64,000 bases of DNA, taken from the NCBI RefSeq assembly GCF_018977255.1, contig NW_024704743.1:75394001-75458000 (forward strand), written 5' to 3'. Each line of letters opens with the position of its first letter. Within the stretch, counting starts at the first letter, position 1. The stretch is from Callorhinchus milii (lineage: Eukaryota). The notes beneath the pieces are model-generated. The model did no database searches, was not told the origin of the DNA, and was given only the letters and a program-made list of their open reading frames with translations. The translations under genes were made by a program, and so were the position numbers. Shown here piece after piece: positions 52,132 to 64,000 of this stretch.

Positions 52132-52719
52132 TCTTAGCAAACATGTAGAAGATTTGGGTGTAATAATTGAAGATTTGTTGAAAGTATCCGATTGATGTCC
52201 AGCTACTGTCAATGAAATTAAACAAGTAAATAACAAAGATCGTCCTTAAATTTGGTATAGCGCATTTCAAGTCAGGAGGATGTCACAAAGCAATTCACAG
52301 AATATGCTGTAGCAAAATGTAGTGACTTTGTTTTTTACAGGCCAAGTACGACTTTAACATGACTCTCGAGGGCATTTGGCTTTTAAAGTTATTTGAACTC
52401 GCCGTAGGTAACTGATTAAAATGTATCATTTTGGACACCATATCTTTAAATATGTGACAAATTATTTAGAAAAGAGCAACAAGGGTGACTCCACTTTAGG
52501 AATAGCATCAGGATTAGGGGTAAAATTAGGGTTATCTTAATCCTAATCATGACATGGAGCTGAAGCTCTGAGTCATGAGAAGTTTGTTTTATTGCAGAAA
52601 AGAATATTGAGAGAAGGTCACAAAAGAAACCTTTAGATTTAGTGGATGTAACCAGGATGTTTAATAATAATAATAATCATGCTAGGAATGTAAATGTGTT
52701 GTGATTTCTGCTTTTGAAA

Positions 52720-53060
52720 GTGTGCCTGTAACATCAAGAACATTTCAAAGCACTTTACAATTTTTTTGTAGAGTGCAGTGACTGTATTTTGTAGGTGAAT
52801 GTAGCAGTCAATTTGCACACAAGAGTGTCCCACAAACAGTCATGCAGTGAATGATCAGTTCTATCTGGGGGATTGTTGGCAGAATACCAGGAGAAACTCC
52901 CTTCTATTTTTGAATAATGCCATGGGATCTTTAGCATCCACTTGAACAGGCAAATGGGACCTTGGGTTAACATCTCATCCAAAGGATGGGACTTCTGATA
53001 ATACAACAGTCCCCCAGAATTGGAATATCAGACTAGATTATGAGCTCAAAGTCCCGATTT
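52720..53060 (-). mobile_element. Deu-domain SINE
   Basis: GCCATGGGATCTTTAGCATCCACTTGAACAGGCAAATGGGACCTTGGGTTAACATCTCATCC. Further SINE 3' fragments at ~30010-30220, 53095-53290 and 54080-54230. Confidence 0.75.
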
Positions 53061-54858
53061 GAAGCTCTTTCCAAATATACCTCATTTATAATAGTGGTTA
53101 TGTATAACATAAATTGGTCAGTTACCTCTGGCCATTTGTGGGACATTGCTGTGCATAAAAATTAGCTTCCGTTTTCCTCTACAAATACAGTCAATAAACA
53201 CAGACACAGTCATTTAACATTAATACTGTGAAATGATTTGAAATGTTTCAACATTGTAGGTGCTTTTATTAAAGGCAAGTAGTATTATTAACAACCGTGA
53301 TGCTGAACCACTCAACTCCTTTCAAAATGAACTAAACAAATATCTGGTTGGAGATTGTTTCAAGGTTAACTATGGACAAATATAATCGAGTACTCCATGG
53401 AACACAAAAGCTTCTGTACTGCTGTGGTCATCTGTGGAAAGCAACCAGTCAGGATAGAATAGTCCAGATGTAGGAATGGACAGATGTTCCATTGTTTGTG
53501 TGTGTATGTTGGGGCTGCTGGAGATTAACAAGCTAAAACTGCAGAGCTCACTATTGAGAGCACTGACTGGCAAACTTCCCACTACTTGTCCAGCTAGGAC
53601 CAAGCTACCCATTGGAGCTTTGCCTTGCAGTGTTAACAGGAGACGGATGGAAACAATCTCTGCCTCCTACAAGTCTTGATGATATGCCAGGCTGGCTGGT
53701 CTGTCATTGGCAGTACCTTGGCGTGCTGCGGCCCTGCCCGGCTCAGGAGCCATATGAATCAAATACAGTTGCTTGATTATTGTTTGGGCCAAGGGGAATT
53801 AAGTAAGTGGGGGGAGTCTACACAACAGGGTATGTTGCATATCAGAGCTGTTTCTAATTCTAGGCTTTCTTATGTCCTTATGGCTGCTTCCTGTTACTGA
53901 TTCCCTATCACTGCATTTCTCACTGTGTAGTGCCCCAATGTAACACATGCTCCACCAGTTAGTCACAATGACACCACAGATGATACTCTGTCAATGTGAG
54001 AGTCTGCCACAAGTACATTGAAAACATTGAATTGTAGAACACAGATTTTTAATCAATAAAATAACTTCTTCATGGCTTAATAGCTGTTCATGGAACATTG
54101 CTGTGTGCAAATTGGCTACCACGTTTGGCCACAAAATACAGTTACTACACTTTACAGCATATCCTGTAAAATGCTTTGAGATATGATCCCGATGTGAAAG
54201 GCACGATACCAAGTATAAGGATTATTAATATAATTGTACAAACAGAAGCACATATACCACTTTGGGTTAGAGGTTGATCGAATTTGAGTTACCTTATAAG
54301 GCTGATTATCCTAAATCATTCTAATATTCTGAGAACTTACAGGCATTGCTATTTCACTGTCATAAAGATCTTGGAAGACAGATAAAGGGGGCAGGAAAAT
54401 AATCAAGGGTTTATGAATTATAACAGTAGACTCCATCATCCAGTGTCTCATCTGTGAATGGGTCCTGGGATCAATGTTGGGATTCATTGCATGTTGTGTT
54501 TGTGAATTATACAGCAATGCGGTGGTTCTAAAAGGCAATTCTAGAATGAATAAATTTTGATGAAATCATTATGAGAAAGCTTGTGCATTGAATAAGTGGG
54601 GAACTGGAGTTCATAAAAGGTGTGTATTTTACAGGTGTTAGCTTAGCTCATTTGGTAAACCTTTCACCTTTTTAAATTCTAAACCCACGACGGAACTTGA
54701 GCTCAAAGTCCATGCTAATCCACTAGTTCAGTACTGTGGAACTCTGCATTGTCAGAGCTGCCGTCCTTCCAAAGCAACTTTAAACCAAGGTCGCGTCTGC
54801 ATGTTAAGATGGACATTGAAATCCCATGACACTATTTGAAAGGAACAAGAAGTTTCTC

Positions 54859-54969
54859 ACATGCCCCAGTTCTGACGAAGGGTCGTGGACTTGAAAAGTT
54901 GACTTACTTTCCTTTCTCCATCGATGCTGCCTGATCTGCTGAGTGTTTCCAGCAACTTCTGTTTTTGTT
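54859..54969 (+). mobile_element. Penelope-like element 3' end with minimal hammerhead core
   Basis: CTGACGA-AGGGTC-GTG-GACTT-GAAA at 54872-54896; inverted copy of 55002-55112. Confidence 0.72.
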
Positions 54970-55003
54970 TTTCTAATGTCCTGGCCAACAATCCTCCAGA
55001 TAA

Positions 55004-55328
55004 CAAAAACAGAAGTCACTGGGAATACTCAACAGGTCAGGCAGCATCGATGGAGAAAGGAAAGTGAGTCAACGTTCCAGGTCTACGACCCTTCGTCAGA
55101 ACTGGGGCATGTTGGGAGGGAGAGGCTTTTAAGGATTAACAGAGAGGGGGGAGGCAGGACAAGGAGGACAAAAGAGAAAATGGGGTAGAGGACAGGGGAT
55201 GAGGTGTTAATGATGCAAAACAAAGTGGGGGATTGCAACAAAACAGAGAAAAAGAGGTGTTCATAATGCAAAACAATGGCGGGGGGCGGGGGGGATATTA
55301 CAACAAAACAGGCAGACCAGAGATGGAG
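55004..55328 (-). mobile_element. Penelope-like element 3' end (pLTR) with 16-bp TSD and minimal hammerhead core
   Basis: Flanked by ACAATCCTCCAGATAA at 54988-55003 and 55329-55344. Minus strand reads CTGACGAAGGGTCGTAGACCTGGAACGTTGACTC...GATGCTGCCTGACCTGTTGAG, resembling chondrichthyan Penelope ends as I recall them. Confidence 0.75.
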
Positions 55329-56219
55329 ACAATCCTCCAGATAAATTGATCATTCACTTCAAAGCTGTTTGTGTGACCTTGCTGGGTGCAAAGTGGCTGC
55401 TGTGATTGCTTAGAAACACACAGTGACTGCACTGATGGGAATTCTTAGTGAAGCACTTTGTTACATTTTGTAATATGGGCTGAATGTCAACCTCAAAGAT
55501 TATTATTACTTTGACAGTTTTCTCCCTGTGGTTTCATGGTCGGTCCTTTAATACCTTGCCTAAGTAGCCAGCAGTCATGTGAGAATCTTAATAAACAAAG
55601 TCAATGGGCTATTCAACCATTAGGAAATCACAACTGAGCCTGATCCAGATCTCACTGTCCACACCACATGTTCCCCTAACACCTCCAGCAAGTGGAGCTG
55701 AATAACATTTGATAGTCGGAACCCAACTAATTTCCTTCCAACCCAGGGTGCAGCTATTTGTAGAACTTATGGTGCTGCAACAGCTGAGGTCAGCTCACTC
55801 AGCACAGCTCTGTGTAGCTCAGCTTCAGTAAACCACTGAGGTAGCAACTTTAAATACTGGTTCATGAGTGCTAATGGTAACTTATTTATTAGAGGTTGTG
55901 TCACGTGCAATATCAGTTAACTAGGTGAGAAATCTAAAATACCTGTAGCAGAGGGTTATGAAATACACAAACTGCTAGTGATATAGTACTACGGGAGGTG
56001 GTACTGGGGAGAAATCCCTATTCAGCCTAGAATTCAGACTTCTAGAAGACGTGAAAGGTGCTATATCAAATGCAAGGATTATTATTATTATTAATATTAT
56101 TATTAATAATAATAGTCTAATTATGCAACTTTTTGGACCATCCAGAATTTAATAAATTGTCGAATTCGGTCTTAAGTTTGAAATTTGTTGTTGTTCTTCT
56201 TAAAAGAACTACAAAGCAT

Positions 56220-56560
56220 TAGCCTGGCTCAGTTGGTAGCATTCTAGCCTCTGAGTTAAAATGTTCCTGGTTCAAGCCCCACTTCAGGACTTTGAACTCC
56301 GAGTCTAGACTGTCTGTTAAGGTGGATGTTAAAGATCCCATGACACCATTTGAAAAAAGAATGTAGTTTCTGATGTTCGTCCTGGCCAACATTCCCCCAA
56401 ATAAAATTGATCACTCACCTCTTGGCTGTTTGTGGAACATTGATGCAAAATGGGCTGCTGTGTTCATCTACAAATACATATTTCACAGTAAAATGCTGCG
56501 AAACACTTTGACATGCTTGACAACATGATAAGGCGCTATATCAAACACAAGGATTATTAT
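56220..56560 (+). mobile_element. Deu-domain SINE with tRNA-like head
   Basis: TGGCTCAGTTGGTAGCATTCTAGCCTCTGAGT...GGTTCAAGCCCCAC; GGTGGATGTTAAAGATCCCATG; L2-type tail. Confidence 0.8.
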
Positions 56561-57534
56561 TAAATGAACTTATGGAAACTATCTTCAAAATTAAGATCCT
56601 TCAAGAATTTGCCAAATTCTGTGCTCTCTAAGATGCTGCATAAATAGAGTAAATCTCGACCCTGCTGAGATTTCTCACATGCACCTATAATAGAGAACAA
56701 TTCACAGCTAGCAGTAAAGTCTGTTATATCATAAGTGAGGATGTCTGCATAACAAACTCGATAGCTGTGCTGAGTACTATACAGCCCTTTTTGTACCAGA
56801 GAAATGAAAGGCAGATTGCCTTTCCTGGATATGTGTTAAACTATTGGTTATACAAATATGTGACAGTGTTTACAATTTGGATCGAAGCTTTATGATCTAT
56901 TATGCAGACAATGATATTGTCAATGTTAGATAGCAGGCAAAGCAAAGTGTCAGAGCTCAATTTAACACTAATCTACAAAAAGTCTTTAACACTGCCTTCC
57001 TCCTTTTCTCTCTGAAGGAGACATTAGAAGCTGCCTATGGGTTCAAGAAATACAGTAACAAAAAGAGCAACCAGTGAATGCATCAGGTTTTGGGACGCAA
57101 ATCAAGCAATACACCAAGGCTTGTATATTTCTTCAATATAAACAGGGTTTAAACATTGAACATTAAATCTGACTTGATAGAAAGCAAACTCATTACCATG
57201 GAGTCCAATGTTTCTTTTCATACAATGTTACTCACATTTTTCTATATTTGGTTCTGTCACAGTTTTAGACTTGAATTGCAGTTTGTAGCAAGGCACAATA
57301 TCAGGGATGGAGACATTGCCTCTATCCCACAGTGACCAGAGAATGGGTTAGACATTGGGACTCATACGAAGCAATTAGAATAGTAATCTTGAATCCTTTC
57401 CTCTTCATTATGCAATAAAGGCAATAAGCACCAAACCTTTAAAATGTCACAAATCAACAATAGAGTGCAAAGCCTGATTAGTTTATTAGACAATGGTGTA
57501 TTAGACACTGGTGTTAAAATGTTGCCAGATGGCA

Positions 57535-57945
57535 TCCTGACTCAACTGCAGCACTCTTGCAGTATAAGGTTGTGGGTTCAAACCCCACGTTGGGTTTATG
57601 CTGACACTGCAATACAGTGCTAGGGGGGCACTGCATCATTGGAATTGTCATGCTTCAGCTGAGCTGTTAACCTGAGGTTTTGTCTGCGCAGTGGTTCTGA
57701 AAGAAACTGTGTCACTGTTTGAAAAGAGAAGGGAGAATCTCCTAGTGTGCTGAACAACAATTTCCTGGATAAAAATGAGTCATTTTACATTATGGCTTTT
57801 CGTGGAATATTACTGTGTGCAAATTGGCTTCCGCCTTTGGCTACAAAATACAGTCACTACACTTCATAGTAAATCACTTGTGAAGTGCTTTGAGATTTCC
57901 TCTCGACATGAAAGGTATTATATCAAATCCCAGTATTATTGTTAT
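57535..57945 (+). mobile_element. Decayed Deu-domain SINE
   Basis: GTTGTGGGTTCAAACCCCAC B-box, GCTGACACTGCAATACAG, and tail GTGAAGTGCTTTGAGA...GAAAGGTATTATATCAAAT. Confidence 0.7.
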
Positions 57946-58659
57946 TTTTCTCACAAATGTTCAGAAGGTTATGCTTTTTGTTTACACTGAAATTATAACT
58001 GAAATGTATAATAATAATCTTTCCATTTGATACAGTGTCTATAATGTCAAAGTGTCTCTAAATGTGTCGCAGGAAACTGCTGTCGAGTGTAATGACCGTT
58101 TTTGTAGGATTGATGAGACTGACTGCAAACTTACCTAGCAATATCAATGGTCCTTTTGATTGTATAAATTGCCAAATTGAAATAAATGTCAGAAAAGTAC
58201 TTTGTATGAATCAGGCCCAAAACACAGATGCTGAGAGATGAAATACAGATACTAATAGACTCCTGAGTTCACATACGCACTTGAAATCCTGAAACTTGAC
58301 CACTCATTGAGATACTGACCCAAAATAACACAGAATTACATGTCATTCTGGAATTCATACCTAACAATCCATTATTCTCTGCATGATAAATGGCATCACG
58401 TAAATGAGAAATTTGAATCCAAAAACAGACATTAAAACCTTAATTCACAAAATCAAATTTCTTCATGTCTCTTGCAAGTCTAACCAGCTGCAACCAATGA
58501 ACGTCAATAGAAGGAGAATAAGCATACACAAAGCCACATTTGATGGCTTCATGTTTATTCTCCTGCTATTGACATTCACTTTTCTTTTTGTCTCTAAAAA
58601 AATTCTCACATCGTTTCCATTGCTAGAGAATGTTTTTTCTTTCTTGTAAAATATTTGAG

Positions 58660-59065
58660 AAGCATTTGAGGGAAGAGTATTTTAGAAATGTAATCGTAAG
58701 GTGACAAAAGGGTGCATGAGGGTTTTATCTGTGTTGGTGTGAGATAGGGATGAAAGCGATGTTCTGAAATTGGAAAAAGGTGGTCTTGGTTAAGGACCAA
58801 ACAGAGGGTTTGAAAGAGAGTTCAAAGTCAAATAAATCACCAAACTTGTAGACTAAGGTTCAGCTAGCTGGAGTGAACAACCGTGAAGTCAGAGCCAGAG
58901 GCAAGAATGTGCTGCCGAGAGCCGAACAGATGGCTTTAGTTCTGTTGATGTTCAGATGGAGGAAGTTAAGGCTTATTCAGGACTTGATGTTTGACAGGCA
59001 GCAGGTTAAAACAGTCATTGTCCTAGAATTGTCGTAGAGGCAAGAGGTAGAATTAGGTTATTCCC
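58660..59065 (-). mobile_element. Decayed L2 LINE RT fragment
   Basis: Reverse complement aligns by eye to 33625-34010 (CTGTCAAACATCAAGTCCTGAATAAGCCTTAACTTCCTCCATCTGAACATCAAC). Confidence 0.7.
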
Positions 59066-60119
59066 AGGGGAATAACCTAAATGTTTGAAAGAATTCTATG
59101 ATTTGTTTTTTATCAGGAATGGTGTTTACCTGTCCAGTGGAGTCCAGTACTGCATGTGGCTCTGCCTCTGACAACACTGAGTCTCCAGTGACTCCAGAGA
59201 TGACAGCACCAGAGTTCCCAGCACTCTTTAGGTGCATAAAGATATCTCCTGCAGCTCTGCAGTTAACTATGAAGTATTTCAAGGATTCATACTGGTGAAT
59301 GGATCATAGCCAACCCCTGGACTACAGGCAATGTCTGTACAGGCTGAACAAGAGCAAAGGTCTCTGCTGCTCTTATCACTTGCTGGATACCATATTCCGT
59401 ACACCTATATAGCAACAGAGCCCCAATAATTTCAAAAATCTGCTTGAAAGGACTCAAAACCACTTTTCCTGCCTCATTCATGGAATATTAAACCACCTCA
59501 GATTGTGTTATCTCCCCAAACAAGCTCTCAAAGCTGGAGCCTGGCAAATTTTCAGCAGGATGAAATGCGAGAGGATAGAGATCATGGTGAGGGGAAAGAG
59601 AAAATATAATTTGTGTCAATTTAGCAGTATGGTCTATATTTAGCTCATTGAATGTACCTGGATATGTGTGCTGTGCCCCCTCCTTTGTAAGGTTCTCATG
59701 CTGAACAGGGACAGTGGCATTGGAATGTCCATGGCACACACATCTGGGCACGTTTGAAGTGCTACATATTTGATGTGCTACTCAATACCTTGGGACATTC
59801 TCGCAAAGTGACAGAGCACACAAATGTAATTTGTTGTTGTTATTTTTGTTGGTTTTGAAATTAGCACTGAATTGACTGCAATTTAATAGAGGGAACAAAT
59901 AGAGGAAAGAATGTGTAGAAACGTGAATGCTTTTATTCTGTTGTTAGGAACATCAGGCATAAGGCTGCAGAAATAGAGGTATGCATAGCTACTGAAAATA
60001 TTGGCATTAAACAGCACCATAGAAATATGGTTGAGGTCAGAAACTGTGCTGAGAAGCTATCAAGTGTTTCACAGGAATAGGCTTGAGAGGTAGGAGAAGA
60101 AGCAAACTTTTTGATAAGA

Positions 60120-60340
60120 GATATGTTTGGATATCATTGACCGTACCTTAATATTTGTAATGGGAAAAGGTTTGAAAACATGAATAGGGAATACTCTATT
60201 ATCAATGCCTACCTAAAGAGAACAGATGCTATAACCAGTCGTCAATCAGATTTACAGAGAATAGGTTATGTCTTGTGATTTTGCTGGAATTCTGTGAGGA
60301 AGTCACTAAAGTGGATGAGGGAAGCTTAAGCTTTCAAATA
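60120..60340 (+). mobile_element. Highly decayed CR1 RT fragment
   Basis: Degenerate match to the YRP.SL...GK.LE...QHGF...SCL..LLEF.EEVT.VDEG region (TTTTGCTGGAATTCTGTGAGGAAGTCACTAAAGTGGATGAGGG). Confidence 0.5.
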
Positions 60341-60404
60341 TTTGCCTGAAGAGCATAGGGTGTCAGTGTGGTTCTGCTGTTCTGAGCACATTTGTTGTAC
60401 TGCT

Positions 60405-60498
60405 CGGGTCATGACCCAACTGTGCAGCGCCTTGGGACGTCCTCCTGACGTGAAAGGCGCTCTATAAATGGAATCTTGTTGTTGTTGTTGTTGTTGTT
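60405..60498 (+). mobile_element. Short L2 3' tail
   Basis: GCGCCTTGGGACGTCCTCCTGACGTGAAAGGCGCTCTATAAATGGAATC followed by (TTG)n. Similar tails at ~660-720, 44590-44730(-), 45335-45400 and 59785-59845. Confidence 0.8.
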
Positions 60499-63400
60499 AT
60501 GAGCAAAATCTATTCTCCATTCAGTGAGAGTTGTGGACTAGGTCTTCTGCTCTGAGCCACCTTCCATTCCACCTTCCATTCCAGACCCAGTGTAATTCTG
60601 TAACTCTGAAGTATAGATGTAACATACCTCACCCTGGACTCACTCACTTTTTGTTAAAGCTTTCGGACAGTCTAATAAGTATTCCAAGAACCTTGAACAG
60701 ATTTTTTTTAATATTACATTGTACAATCACATTTAATTGCTTTAAAAAACTAACACTGAATACTGAAGGATGCAATTGGGTATTAGTTGTCTACTGGTTC
60801 TAATATGATAGAGAACGGGAACTGTAAATCTGCCTACTCTGCATTGCTGGGAAAGAAATTTCTTTGCATGTTTTAGATATTGTCTTTTCTCATTCTTAGA
60901 TTGGCAATTTCTTATTTATTCAAATAATAATCTTTACATTTGATATAGTGCCTTTCACTTAGGGAGGCTGGCTCAAACAAATGCTTCACAGGCTATATTG
61001 TAAAGTGCAGTGACTGTGTATTTTGGAAGCAAATATGTCATTCTTGTGATAGGAGCTTGTTATGAAACAGTGCAAAATTCACCCCCAGGAGATCTCTGGC
61101 TTCCATCAAAACTGATTCTATTTACTGTAATGCCTATGGGCTTATCTGAAGCTTGATTCCTGATAAAAAATCCACAAACCCTGACACAAGGCAAAAGTGA
61201 AAGTGAATACTAGCAACAGTGATTTATATAATTTTAGTTTAGTTTTCAACTGGTGTGGGGGAGGAGAAGAGTAGGAGCAAGATGGGTCTGATAAGGCTGC
61301 ACAAATAGTCCCACACTGAGCTTTATGTTTCTTCTGACCTGTTTTTCACTCAGTATCTCTGTGTGAGGATGGAGCTGAAATTGATGGGGGACCATGTGTA
61401 CATATGGAGTATTACCATTCCATTGCATGATGTGGTGAAATGTCACTGGGCTGCACTGGCTCTAAGCTCTGACGCTGATTTTTCTTTGCTAGTTTTCAAT
61501 GTATTTCAAATAAAGCGTAAAGGGTGTCAGATTGTACTGCAACAGCAGTGGGAGCTGTGGCAGCTGCTGACGTGTGACAACGTGGTATTGTCAGCGATTG
61601 AGTTAATGTGCGTTCATCTGTACTGGTGATCACCATGTGTAAGAGAAGTCGTGCGAGAGGAGAGTGGGCAAAGGAGAAGGGTAAGGGAGTGAGAATACAG
61701 AACTGCTGTTCTAGGGATTGACAGTAACATGGAAAGAGTGAGTTAGGGAGTGAGAAGCAGCAAGGGAAGGAGACAAAGAAGCAGAGACTGTGTGCAAATG
61801 AGACATGCAGAGACAAGCCGCACACTGGACTGGCATCAGTCCAGCTTGTTTTTATTGCCAAAGCCATTCTGTTCTTTCAGTACTAAAATCACCTTTTTTA
61901 TTGGCATATATGGTAGTACATAAAACCAGTACTTGTCTTCTTGAATATTTATACTTTGAATACCAGCCACGAGCCCCTGTTAACAAAGCTTTTGCTGACC
62001 CGGTTAATACATGTTACCCTGCAAACATTTCAACCCAAAGGATGCAATTGTTCTGGAAAATTGTTGCAAACATTCCCATTGTGCAAAATTGGATTTGAGC
62101 AGATTAAAAACAGCTTATTTTCCGGGGGTGTTGACGGTGGGAATAAAACAATCTTGGTGTTTTCAAATAATGAATTACAAAAATCAAATAGACACTGAAT
62201 ACTGGATAAATTCAAATTGTAAGGGTGCATAATCTCCCGGTTTAAATTAAAGAGGACTTTGCTACGTGACTTGGAACTATATTGCATCTGGGCCTTGGCT
62301 GTAGAAGTGACAGAATCTGTGCATAGTAATGTTCCTTCGTATTGCATTCTTAACCTATCTGCATTGTTTTGAAAGTTCTTCATCTAAACAAAGTCACAAA
62401 TTCACAGAGGAGTTTGATTACCTCAATCCATTATACACACAGCCAGTGATCTCACTGGTAACCATCTGTCATCTATTTCATTTGCATCATCAACACCTGC
62501 CCTGTTTATATACTGCCTTCTTTTTCACAGAATTTACATCAATTTAATAAAATACAAAAATGTTATTGTTAGAATGAATCAATTTATTGTCCCCTGAATG
62601 TCTCAATAGAATTTGCATTGCTTATAATTAAATATGGCCCATAATGATCTGTTCATGGCAAAACGACTTAATTCGTGTGTCAGTAATTAGTTATTATATA
62701 TTATACTGCTGTTGAAGCCATGTATTGCTGATGTAGATAAAATAGCTTTGGGAGTCCCTGGTCATTAATCAGTGTTTTATTACAGTCCTCATCTTAACCC
62801 TTGGAATACCAACATTTGCTGCCATTCATACCATAATAACATTATCTATCGGCTTTATAGGTCTTTACCCATTTTCCTTTCATGAATGCTTGTTTCTAAA
62901 CATCTTTGCTCTGTGGAAAGACTTATAAGCAACAATAGACTTCACCATTACTTTTATTTGCTTTCTTCCATTGTTAATGTACTTTCTGTCCACTCTTCAT
63001 TTGGTCCTGTTGGATTATCCCCCACCTCTGGATCAAGAGGGGATCCAGAACACCCTCCTCCCAGGATTCACCCAGTGCTGCTGTGCAACTTGGCAGGAAG
63101 GCCCCGGTACTTTACCATTCAATTTCTCCTCCCTCCCCTCTGGAGAAGCAGTGTGTTTCTCAGTCTACATTTCCTGGTGGCAGTGCCAGAATTTGGAACC
63201 CACCATGTAGACAATTACAGGCATCAATGTGCATCCCAGATGTTGCTGCACAGTTGCTCTTGCTGACGTCCTTGCACAATATTAATGGTATTGAGCCTCT
63301 ATACACACCATCAGGTGGAACAATCATTCTATTTTCCTCCCTTTGGGAATTTACCTTTGCTACATTTTGGTAAGTCAATCTAGCAAATGCTATGCTGCAT

Positions 63401-64000
63401 TGTGAATTTCACCAGGTACTGAGTTTGGTTGATCTTGAGACACAAACCTGCAGGCAGTGTTGTAAACAACAAAGTCTTTGAATTGCTTATTTTAAAAACA
63501 TGACAAAATAATGCACAGTGCCAATTCTCCCACCTGACTGAATAATTTCCAAGGTCTGGTGATGATTCACAGTAATTCTAAGAATGGATTTTAAGCTCCT
63601 GCCAATGGAAAAAATAGTTCAGTCAAATGTCAGAAAAATTTACTCTGAAGTGTGGTTTGACAATCATATCATATTAGAGGCCCTCCATTGAAATAGGGAT
63701 CTTTGAGAATATTAAAGCATTCATTTAATCTCCTGTATCTCAGAGAACATTTTTGTAATTTTGAGAGAAAATGATTTGATAAAGTGAATGCCTCATGCTT
63801 CATACATCAATGGACATAATTTGGGGAAACCCTGGAGCATTTCTCCTGGAATGTGTTGAGTTTTGTTTCCAAGTGGGATGTTTCAAAAGAAGAAAACTGA
63901 AGCTGGAATTTGCCACTGTAACATAAAATGAGGAAAGAATTCTGCCCTGGAAAACTAACTTGAAACCTGAGGATGCTGGATCACATGTCCAATCTCACCT

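Larger units (their letters stand above)
54635..55508 (+). mobile_element. Full-length Deu-domain SINE interrupted by two Penelope-like ends
   Basis: tRNA-like head TAGCTTAGCTCATTTGGTA; Deu core to 54857; resumes at 54970-55003 and again at 55345-55508. Confidence 0.75.

Overview
Eukaryotic, vertebrate DNA. The repeat content (Deu-domain SINEs, tRNA-Ala-headed SINEs with an L2 tail, L2/CR1/RTE LINE relics, Penelope 3' ends) suggests a cartilaginous fish, possibly a chimaera; this is inference. The only recognisable gene is gcm2 (glial cells missing 2) on the minus strand: first coding exon 3711-3803 and the 253-nt GCM-domain exon 2099-2351, with the rest running off the left edge. About 2.3 kb upstream of the ATG is a ~22 kb near-identical tandem array (6111-28086) with the structure A-B-A-B-A-B-A (A ~1.16 kb x4, B ~5.7 kb x3, period 6.9-7.0 kb). 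Block A carries a candidate TATA box, non-coding first exon and splice donor for gcm2, so the array may multiply the gcm2 promoter/upstream region without its coding exons. The remaining ~36 kb has no recognisable gene and is rich in decayed retroelements. It includes paired inverted Penelope-like ends with minimal hammerhead-ribozyme cores, a fold-back hairpin made of two L2 tails, a SINE with a triplicated 5' end, MITE-like elements and an unidentified decayed ORF-like stretch. Repeat boundaries were judged by eye and are approximate.
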